This document shows, piece by piece, positions 44,281 through 52,870 of a stretch of DNA of 64,000 bases. The translations under genes and the position numbers were made by a program. The notes under the pieces were generated by a model. That model was given only the letters and a program-made list of their open reading frames with translations, ran no database searches and was not told where the DNA came from. The stretch's first letter is position 1, and each line of letters opens with the position of its first letter. The stretch lies in IMG/VR virus record IMGVR_UViG_3300023179_000072, positions 1 to 64,000 of that record; one strand, written 5' to 3'. Source of the DNA: a virus.

Positions 44281-44470
44281 GTCATCACTCTCTCTTTCTC
44301 TCATCATTCTACTATCTATTATCGTCAAATGCAAGAGGGAAACTTTAATCTTTCAGTATTGCAAGGATTGTTGTAAAGTATTGGTAAATAAAGACTTATG
44401 GCAAAATAGGCCCCGCCCCGTCAGCCCTAAGTGTTTTAACACAAAGGGTTTATGACGAGTACAGATTTAT

Positions 44471-44701
44471 TCAATCAAAATCCACAAAAATAATCTGATG
44501 ATATCCACGAGGCTTAATAGTCAAACCACTATCATAATCTGTGGTATCAGACTTAACACCCGTCATACCAACCAAAGCCTTAGCCCGCCTAGTAATCTTA
44601 TGCTGAGTAGCGTCGTTCTTCACTGCAAAATCATAACGCTTTACCCAACCATAATTAGGCTCACCACCAAAAGTATCAGTAATCGTTACGGTCGCTTTCA
44701 T
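44471..44701 (-). CDS. Phage protein (TDTFGGE-NY-WV-R family)
   Basis: Recurrent motif; AGGAG RBS. Confidence 0.75.
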   Translation of the reverse strand: MKATVTITDTFGGEPNYGWVKRYDFAVKNDATQHKITRRAKALVGMTGVKSDTTDYDSGLTIKPRGYHQIIFVDFD

Positions 44702-44983
44702 TTTCGAACTCCTTGTTATCAAAAACCAAATCACTCACAAGATAAGACGCCAGAACACCAAACACAAAACCTAAACCAAAAATAGTATAACCATCCATGG
44801 CCCTTTTCCTTTTAATTTACCAGATAGGTAATCAAACACCCTCCAATAAAACTTGCCAACAACACCATTTTTTCCATAAAACTCATTCTTGCACCATTCT
44901 ATATTAGAGTTATCGACATGTCAAGACCACCAACTTTAGGCTGACTATGGCCACCTTCGCCAAATCCGAAGGATTAGGAGAGA

Positions 44984-45154
44984 CTACCAACCATCATTCA
45001 TCGCTTTACGATTCTTAGCCCCACGAGTTCGGAGGCGCTTGGGACGATTATCGTGCTGACCGCTACCCCCAAGGTGGGGATTATGTCCCTTACCAATTTC
45101 CCATACTGGACGAATATTCAGCACCAGTACCATAGGCTTTTTTCGTTTGCTCAT
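44984..45154 (-). CDS. 56-aa basic protein (not in the ORF track), paralog of 33268..33456
   Basis: MSKRKKPMVLVLNIRPVWEIGKGHNPHLGGSGQHDNRPKRLRTRGAKNRKAMNDGW. Confidence 0.7.
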   Translation of the reverse strand: MSKRKKPMVLVLNIRPVWEIGKGHNPHLGGSGQHDNRPKRLRTRGAKNRKAMNDGW

Positions 45155-45297
45155 GTTCTCTACTATACCATATTATCGACAATCGTCAAGCACAATGTTT
45201 AGGAAATCTTTTTGATGTAAAGTGTGAGCCCACAAGGACTTGTGTCAAAAACGGCCCGCCCCCCGCGACGTAAGTCTTTACATCACAAGGGTTTATA

Positions 45298-45507
45298 TCA
45301 CCAATCTGATTGGTCAAAGTCCAGATCAGCATCTTCTAGATGCTCGTCTTGCTCATCGTAATAATCGTCATCATCTTCCGTAGAATAGTTATCGGAGTGG
45401 TAATCGTCGTATCGCTCTGCAATCTCATCATACATATGTTCAGTGTCGGCAGTCCAGCCGCCGATGTGCGATTCCATGAACGAGTCGAGGAAAGAATCTT
45501 CAAACAT
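45298..45507 (-). CDS. Very acidic small protein
   Basis: D/E-rich, 69 aa; GGAG RBS. Confidence 0.7.
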   Translation of the reverse strand: MFEDSFLDSFMESHIGGWTADTEHMYDEIAERYDDYHSDNYSTEDDDDYYDEQDEHLEDADLDFDQSDW

Positions 45508-45686
45508 GAGCCTATCTCCAAGTGGTGGTGTTACTGAACTTCGCTTAGTCTACATCTATTATCGTCGCTTGTCAAGCGCATTCTTGAAAAATTTTTTACT
45601 ATTCGTAAACCATTGATATATAAGCACTTACAACTAGCGCGGTCCGGCCCCGTTGCTACAAGTGCTGTAGCAGCAAGGGTTTACGT

Positions 45687-46376
45687 TTAGTAATCGCCGC
45701 AAGTATCCAAGCGTACAGGCTCGCTTCTAAATGAACATACGTTCAGTCCGCTAGCAGCAGTTACAGCGTCAAGTTGTATGCCTAGAAACTCTTGTCGTTC
45801 CATAGCATTAGTATCATTATGATTTGGCAATTCCAAAACAAACTCATGCCAGAGCGGCATTTCATAGCCGTGTTCATCTTCCACTACAATATCGTAAAAA
45901 CGATAGTTATTCATTAGTAATCTTCTCCATAAAAGGAACCATCATCATTATCATAGTATCCGTAATCTTCGTTCGTTCCATAACCTGCGGACGCAAGACC
46001 GGATTCATGATCTCCGTCCATGCTATCATTGTAATCGTCATTCCAGAAATTATCTTCTGGCGGAGCAGGCGGAATATCATTATCGTCCTCATAAAAATCA
46101 TTGTAATCGTCGTAGTTCATATCATCCTCATAAGCGTTATCGGGATCGAACAGAGGATCGGGGTGACTCATAGACTATTCTCCTTTTTCAAGAAACATAC
46201 CACACTTCGCCGCTATCATCAACCATCTCTTCCGGCTCAAACTCATCCACGATGCCGATCACATCGGCCCAGTCCCAAAAATCCACATTGATACTGTAAT
46301 CGTCAATCGGTTCCACCGTACCCTCATCACGCATTTCGGACAGAATCCGGTTCACATCCTCAAAATCGTTCAGCAT
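45687..46376 (-). other. Three acidic small genes (45687..45914, 45914..46171, 46188..46376)
   Basis: 45914 contains DSMDGDHESGLASAGYGTNEDYG. Confidence 0.7.
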
Positions 46377-46564
46377 GGTAGCGTTCTCCGTTGTGATGCT
46401 CTGAGTCTACACTATTTATCGACCATTGCAAGAGGCAAACTTAGAAAATAATCTTGTGCCAAACAAAAAAAATATTATTTGTTGTAAGTTGTTGTAGGAT
46501 AAGCACTTACGCTTAGCGGGGCCTGCCTTACTGATCATAAGTTCTTATGCAGCAAGGGCTTATG

Positions 46565-46861
46565 TCAACATACACTTTCAGCCTTTACCGACAGTTCCTG
46601 TGCCATAGCCTTACCCATCTTGAACTTGACGGTCTTGCGAGCCTCAATCATAACGGTTTCGCCAGTACGAGGATTACGAGCCTTACGAGCCTTAGATTCA
46701 ACCACGTTGAAAACACCAAAATTACGCAGTTCGATTCGTCCTTCACTGACAAGAGTAGCCATCAGTTCATCCAAAGTGTGCTGGACTATGGCCTTAGCCT
46801 GCAAACCAGTAATGCCACACTTCTCAGCAATCCGTTCGGCCATATCACGCTTAGTATTCAT
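46565..46861 (-). CDS. IHF/HU-family DNA-bending protein
   Basis: TK..GRIELRNFGVF..ARKARNPRTGE-V-I..V-FK-GK; resembles planctomycete IHF subunits. Confidence 0.93.
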   Translation of the reverse strand: MNTKRDMAERIAEKCGITGLQAKAIVQHTLDELMATLVSEGRIELRNFGVFNVVESKARKARNPRTGETVMIEARKTVKFKMGKAMAQELSVKAESVC

Positions 46862-47065
46862 TCTGCTCTCTCTTTCTTGTCTGATCATTCTATACTTATT
46901 ATCGACCAAAGTCAAGCCCCAGTATAAAAAAACTTTGCTTATAATCTCGTAAGATTTCTTATGGCAAATACCGTGCCAAAGCCGTAAGTCGTTAGCCAGC
47001 AAGCACTTGCGGCAAATCTGGCCCGCCGGCCTTGTCCTAAGTGTTTTAGGCTCAAGGCTTTATGT

Positions 47066-47377
47066 TCAAGGACCAATAACCATTCCACTATAGAACGGGA
47101 ACACCTGTTCACCTTTACTCACAAACCACTTAAAGTTTTTCTGAAATACAGTATACGGACTATACTGATTGATTCGATCCTTCGTGGTACTGGTTTGCCA
47201 GCCCCCATTGCTGAGGGTATACGTTCCATCCTCATGGATTCTCACCACGCAAGTACGATGCAGCGTGATGCCCACGCTACCATCACTCAAAATCTCCGCA
47301 TAAGTATTATTACCAACCTTACGACGGTTAGCATTACGCTTACCACGAACCATAGAAACTGCTTGTGAGTGAGTCAT
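47066..47377 (-). CDS. Phage protein (GGW-T-TTK-R-N family)
   Basis: Recurrent motif. Confidence 0.75.
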   Translation of the reverse strand: MTHSQAVSMVRGKRNANRRKVGNNTYAEILSDGSVGITLHRTCVVRIHEDGTYTLSNGGWQTSTTKDRINQYSPYTVFQKNFKWFVSKGEQVFPFYSGMVIGP

Positions 47378-47397
47378 ATTTACCCTTTATGTAATTT

Positions 47398-49552
47398 TCA
47401 AGAAACGCCCATGTATGAAGAGTTCTTCACACAATAATCATAAAACATCTCGTTCAACACTTCGCTATAGTTTTCGTAAGTCAAACGCTTCTTAGAACAA
47501 GTAGACTGACACTCTGCAAAAAACTTTCCAGAACTAACTTCATACACAATGGTGCAAGCGTAAGACTCGCTACCCCAAATCCTAGCCTTGCAGTCGATAA
47601 ACTTCTTGAACATCTTTCTCTCTCTTTCTTCCTTCTCTATCTCTTATATCGACATTATACCGCAGCATTCTTTAGTTGCAAGATAAAACTTTCCTTGCAA
47701 TGCTGTAAGGTTTAGCTCAGCAAAAAGCGTGCCAAAATAGTTGGTGTCATAAGTTGTTGTGTGGCAAGTACTTACGTCAAATCCGGCCCGCCATATTTGC
47801 TGTAAGTGCTTATACAGCAAGGGCTTATGCATTATGCTGAAACTTTGTTAAGCATGATCATCAACCTTCCCAATGGAAAGGTGAAACTTCAGCATTATTT
47901 GCCATAATAGCCTGATACTGATCCTTCAAGGCTTCAACCCTTTCACGAGAACCGGGCTTTCCAACCTTGAGAATCATGGTATCCTCACCACCAATCAGAC
48001 GAGGATCAGCCTTTTCATCCCTAACCTTGCCAATACGACGTAAAGCCTTGCGATTGAATTTCAGCACCTTTTCACTGCTGATCGGACCATACACATGGTT
48101 TGCCAAAGACGGCTGATGACGAATAGCAATTCCAACAAACGTCATACGAGCCTGAATCTTAGCCTTTTCGATGATAGGGAACTTGGTTTTCATTTTTCTT
48201 TCTCTCTTTCTTGTATTTGGATTATAGCAGGATTTTTTTGGATTGCAAGACAAAAGTTTCCTTGCAATGTCGTAAGATTCAGCAGAGCAAATGCTGTGCC
48301 AAATATTGAGCAAATCATGTTGAACATAAAGTGTTGCGGCATAAAGACTTACATCAAATCCGGCCCGCCCGCTTTGCCGCAAGTCTTTTAGCGACAAGGG
48401 GTTACGTTCAATCCCCACTCAGGAAGGGGTATCGCTCTTGAAGCACCCTATCCGTCTCATCCCACACAGCGTCCTGCTCGACACGGACGCAGTAGTCGTT
48501 CAGCTTCTGGTAGAACGTAGCCGCATCCCGAAGCAAAACATTTTCGGGAAAATTGTTGATTCGTACGAAAAATCCACCACCCCCCGTTGAGGTGATATCA
48601 AAACGCACGTCATCATGCATCATATCATAGATAGCGTCGATGATTTCCTGAGCCGTAACGATTCGACCAAGCATTTCTTTTTCCTTTTCTCTCTTTCTCT
48701 TTCCAGAATTGTATGCAATTTTTCCGCCGCGTCAATCCCTCAAACGAGGGATCGGTTTTCGCTAGCGATTTTCGCATAGAGAGAATCGTACACAGTACGA
48801 TGAACACAGTCCAAATCAACACTCTTCAAGGTATAGTAGCCGACAATATTGTCAAAAATATGGTACTTGTCACCTTCCTTGACAATCGTAAAACCCACCC
48901 GATAGGCGTAATAGTTGATCTTTGCACGAATAGTGCTATACTTCGGCATCTTGCGAATCTTTCTCATGTTCTTCTCTCTCTTTCTCTTTCTTCTCTACTT
49001 CTTATATCGACATTATACAGGGTCTATCTTGAGTTTTCAAGAGAAATCCTGAAATTTTTCTGTCAAGAAATTTTGACAAAACTTTTTGGATTTTTCATAT
49101 GCTTTGGCATACCATATGCTAGAGCAAAAAGTGTGCCATACTAGCAATTCGCCCTAAGTCTTTACGCTGTAAGTACTTACATCAAATCCGGCCCGCCATA
49201 TTTGCTGTAAGTGCTTATACGACAACGGTTTATGGCTTCACAAAATTTCGTATAAGATTTCTGTTAAGCATTGAGCACCTGTACAGTAGTGTATGTTACA
49301 AAAACGCTAAACACTAACAACCCTATAATTTCAGGCATTCCTACCTTCTTTCCAACCAGCAAACACCAAAGTAAACTCCTTACCGGGATATTTGGCAGCA
49401 ATATAAGCACGAGCAGTCTCTTCACGATTGTCGGAAGCAGACACACCCTGAACACCAACACCATCAATCATAACATTCCAAATCCTACGCTTAGGAAACT
49501 TCACCCTAGGCAGGCTTCGGATAAACTGATTCACACTAGTAACCTTTTGCAT
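47398..49552 (-). other. Small cassette genes (47398..47613, 47861..48193, 48408..48674, 48740..48967, 49331..49552)
   Basis: Each is preceded by a (GA)n purine leader and a promoter. Confidence 0.7.
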
Positions 49553-49825
49553 TTTCTCTCTCTCTCTCTCTTTCTCTACAAACCAATCTACCAAACTTTT
49601 TCCGCCGCGTCAATCCCCCTAATGAGGGATAAATTTTCATCACGGCATTGTTACGCCAACAATCAAACCGAAAATAGCCACAACGCAAAAAATGCAAACC
49701 ATAAACGAAACCCTTTCTTTCTTCTCTATCTCTTATATCGACATTATACCACGGTATTCTTTAGTTGCAAGAAAAAAATTTCCTTGCAATGCTGTAAGGT
49801 TTAGCTCAGCAAATATTGTGCCAAA
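47632..49825. repeat. ~105-bp near-identical direct repeat of a promoter block (47632-47736 and 49721-49825)
   Basis: CTTCTCTATCTCTTATATCGACATTATACC..TTGCAAG..CTTGCAATGCTGTAAGGTTTAGCTCAGCAAA..GTGCCAAA. Confidence 0.9.
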
Positions 49826-50024
49826 TATTTAATTCAATAGACTCGCCATAAATCCTTTACCAGATTAGACTTACATCAAATGTGGGCGTCCATATTGATC
49901 ATAAGTCTTTATACCTCAATAACATAGGGGTGGTTTTTCTGTTTTTTTTACCCTTTTCCCAACCCAGACTAAAAGCGGAGGGTGGTTGATACGCAATCGA
50001 AACCAATAAAATATAATGTATTAC

Positions 50025-51185
50025 CTAAACTATCCCTGTAGACCCTTGTTTCTTACTCTTTCTTTGTCTTTTTAGCTGTCTATAAGACAAGCTGAATCTT
50101 CTGTTTCTATTAGAATCCAGTATATCAGGATACTTTTCTTTTAATTTAAGTTCCTTTTCCCATCTGTACGCAGCATATGATACTTTTTTACCGCACCATA
50201 TTTGGTTACCACTCCAGCGGTCAGCAAAATATTGCGTTAACTTGTATAAATCTGCTTTAAACTCTATCCACTTTTCCTCAAATTCTTTTGGAAAATCCCC
50301 GCGTTTATCAAGACTGTTTTGTCTATGGCTTCCTTTTTCTAGATGATCAGGATTAAAGCACCGACCGTTACCACATTTATGTCGTATTAATTCGGGATAC
50401 TCTCCAGTTTTTTCCCAATACGCAACCCTATGCTTTAATAGTGTCTTGGTTTGACCAGAGTCTTTGGATTCGCCAATAGTTACCTGCATTCTAGCATAAC
50501 CACTAACATGAACATCATTACTTTCTTTACATCCCGTCTCATTATTTATAGTATAAAATTTTGTATAAGAATTATACGTAATAGCTTTTTGTAGCCATGG
50601 TCTCAAATATTCTTCGTTATTGGAGGCCCACGTATTCAATAAGCAATTTTTATTGTATTTATTTAGATAATGTGTTTCTTTCCTCAATAGCTCAGCCTCA
50701 CTACACTGCTCAATAATAGCATACTTGATAGTACAGTCTTTATTATTAAAATAAGACAATAACAATTTTGAATTATGCTTATTATGTTTTAAGTCTCTGC
50801 AATGTTCTGTTAGTCTTTTTTTAATGTTTATACTACTACCTATATATAGTTTGATATCATTAATTTTAAAAGCAGCACACGAATCATTTTTGTCATATTT
50901 CCAAACAAAATAAATAGCATAGACACCAGAAACACTATTTTTCATTCGTTTGATATTATTAATAGTTTTCCATTGTTTGATCACAGAATGATCTACATTA
51001 GTTTTTATATCTCTTAGCTTAAACATATTACTCAAATATGCTTTGCTCACATTATATTTTTTTATTAAACTATTAGTAGTAGCACCAGCTGCATATTCTG
51101 CTATTAATTTTCTTTCTTGGTTGCCATTTAATATGGTTTTAATTTTGCGTTTAGTTTTGTCCTTACTGCCTTTTGGTCTTGGCAT
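50025..51185 (-). CDS. Homing endonuclease with GIY-YIG and His-Cys-box/HNH-type domains
   Basis: GVYAI..YIGSS..R..H..E; HRVAY..RHKCGNGRCFNPDHL..N..D; N-terminal PRPKGS AT-hook-like. Confidence 0.8.
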   Translation of the reverse strand: MPRPKGSKDKTKRKIKTILNGNQERKLIAEYAAGATTNSLIKKYNVSKAYLSNMFKLRDIKTNVDHSVIKQWKTINNIKRMKNSVSGVYAIYFVWKYDKNDSCAAFKINDIKLYIGSSINIKKRLTEHCRDLKHNKHNSKLLLSYFNNKDCTIKYAIIEQCSEAELLRKETHYLNKYNKNCLLNTWASNNEEYLRPWLQKAITYNSYTKFYTINNETGCKESNDVHVSGYARMQVTIGESKDSGQTKTLLKHRVAYWEKTGEYPELIRHKCGNGRCFNPDHLEKGSHRQNSLDKRGDFPKEFEEKWIEFKADLYKLTQYFADRWSGNQIWCGKKVSYAAYRWEKELKLKEKYPDILDSNRNRRFSLSYRQLKRQRKSKKQGSTGIV

Positions 51186-51186
51186 T

Positions 51187-52785
51187 TTATTTCCTAATAG
51201 TGAACTGATGGGTTATTGTTGTTTGTTTCGATACAGGATCAAATACCTGAATCTTAACGTTATTATAACCCCTATGAAACCAGTTCCTATTAAATAAAAT
51301 ATTAAAGCCATGATTAGTACCCCACACAGTCTGCATTAATGCTGGCCTATACTGATTAGCCCACTGACCAGCAACTAATCTATTATTAACTAGTATTCTT
51401 ACAATCACAGGAGAACTACCACTTATTTCACTATAAGCCCATCCCGTCACTCTTCTTAAACTTATAAAACCTACATGAACCACAGGAGGAGGAACGGTAA
51501 CCTTTGTCGAAGCTATTTCACTCCAAGATCCGCTCTGAACGTCCTGAGCCTTGATACTTATAACATGTTCCCCTACCACCAGACCACCCAGATTAAAAAT
51601 GAAAGATCCATCCGAGTTTGTTATCTTGGTAGTTACTAAAGTATTATCTATCCACAACTGAACGTTTACTGATACCGAACTATCAGGATCTTTTGCCCAA
51701 CCACCTATAACTCTTAAGGTCTGGTAATTAATTGCCCCAATAGGAGCTTGATTATGAGTATATGGAATCCCCAACAAACTATCTACAGCCGCCTCTAAAT
51801 TTAATTTGCCCCCAGTAGCTACCTTACCAAATAATTCTGGAATTTTATCCACGTTTGAGAATAACACAGTCTTAGTTTCTGCAACACTTATTCCTGGCTT
51901 AACAGCATTTAATAACGCCACAGCCCCAGCAACAAATGGAGAGGCCATGCTAGTTCCACTCATATATCCATAATTGTTATCTGGTAAAGTAGATAAAATC
52001 ATTGTGCCAGGAGCAGCTAAGTCCACAGTTTCATTTCCATAATTAGAATATCCAGATAAATTAATATTATCATCCCCTAATGATGCTACACTAATAATAT
52101 TATCTAAATTATAACAACTAGGATAATTTAAGCTAATATCATTATTGCTAGAACTATTTCCTGCTGCCACCGTAAGCATAATATTACTATCATTTAATTT
52201 AGATATTTCATTATACATTACTGAACTATAATTAGTACCCATATTCCAGCTAGCATTAGCCACAACTATATTTATATGATAAGTATTTTTCATCATTAAA
52301 ATATAATCCATAGCTTTTAAGGCCCCACTTGTATATCCCACCCCCTTATCATCCATAAATTTTAAGCTCATTATACTAACATTCCAATTTATTCCACAAA
52401 TTCCCAACCCATTATTCCCTTCTGCACCAATTATGCCCGCAACATGAGTTCCATGACCATAATTATCTTGAATATTATTAGTATTATCAACAAAATTCCA
52501 CCCATGAATATCATCAACATATCCATTATGATCATTATCTATTCCATCTCCTGGTATTTCTCCAGGATTAGTCCACAAATTATTTTTTAGATCATTATGG
52601 TTTACATCAACTCCACTATCAATAATAGCCACCACCACATTTTTTGATCCTGTATAGTTTGTCCATGCATTATAAGCTGAAGTACTATTTAAGCCCCATT
52701 GATCATTAATTCTATTATCATTAGGAGCTATTGATAATAGTTGTTTGGATTCTAATTTCTCTATGCCCAGAACTTTTGTGTTCAC
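51187..52785 (-). CDS. S8 subtilisin-like serine protease with planctomycete-type extracellular leader
   Basis: IIDSG, HGTHVAG, AAGN, SGTSMASP; N-terminal EKLESKQLLS (LEPRRLLA-type); probable GTG start. Confidence 0.93.
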   Translation of the reverse strand: MNTKVLGIEKLESKQLLSIAPNDNRINDQWGLNSTSAYNAWTNYTGSKNVVVAIIDSGVDVNHNDLKNNLWTNPGEIPGDGIDNDHNGYVDDIHGWNFVDNTNNIQDNYGHGTHVAGIIGAEGNNGLGICGINWNVSIMSLKFMDDKGVGYTSGALKAMDYILMMKNTYHINIVVANASWNMGTNYSSVMYNEISKLNDSNIMLTVAAGNSSSNNDISLNYPSCYNLDNIISVASLGDDNINLSGYSNYGNETVDLAAPGTMILSTLPDNNYGYMSGTSMASPFVAGAVALLNAVKPGISVAETKTVLFSNVDKIPELFGKVATGGKLNLEAAVDSLLGIPYTHNQAPIGAINYQTLRVIGGWAKDPDSSVSVNVQLWIDNTLVTTKITNSDGSFIFNLGGLVVGEHVISIKAQDVQSGSWSEIASTKVTVPPPVVHVGFISLRRVTGWAYSEISGSSPVIVRILVNNRLVAGQWANQYRPALMQTVWGTNHGFNILFNRNWFHRGYNNVKIQVFDPVSKQTTITHQFTIRK

Positions 52786-52870
52786 TTTTGCTCTTCCTTG
52801 AAACAAATTCAAAACTCTATATCAGCACAAGTTAGCATAAAAAGCTCAAAAATCAATAAGAATTTTTTAT

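Larger units (their letters stand above)
24808..44984. repeat. Dispersed 45-bp motif (9 copies): GCTGACTAT-N13-AAATCCG-N3-GATTAGG-N3-GAC
   Basis: Copies start at 24808, 25109, 26052, 26794, 29279, 29532, 37340, 43197, 44940, with essentially fixed internal spacing. Confidence 0.85.
46964..49823 (-). promoter_or_regulatory. Five consensus sigma54 (RpoN) -24/-12 promoters, TGGCAC-N5-TTGC
   Basis: 46964-46978 TGGCACGGTATTTGC; 47720-47734 TGGCACGCTTTTTGC; 48287-48301 TGGCACAGCATTTGC; 49124-49138 TGGCACACTTTTTGC; 49809-49823 TGGCACAATATTTGC. Confidence 0.85.
29710..49925. repeat. Array of 21 intergenic 76-bp elements: two palindromic boxes YAA-N4-TTR-N5-YAA-N4-TTR separated by a GC-rich spacer
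   Basis: Units start at 29710, 30928, 32174, 33964, 35260, 36187, 37527, 38610, 40196, 40804, 41649, 43455, 44375, 45219, 45607, 46486, 46986, 47751, 48328, 49156, 49850; spacer is 30 bp in 20 of 21 (31 bp at 44375). Confidence 0.95.

Noticed and set aside
29710-49925. 76-bp repeats as a CRISPR array
   Set aside because: Copies are degenerate and separated by 0.4-1.8 kb of genes, not by 30-40 bp spacers; no cas genes in the window.
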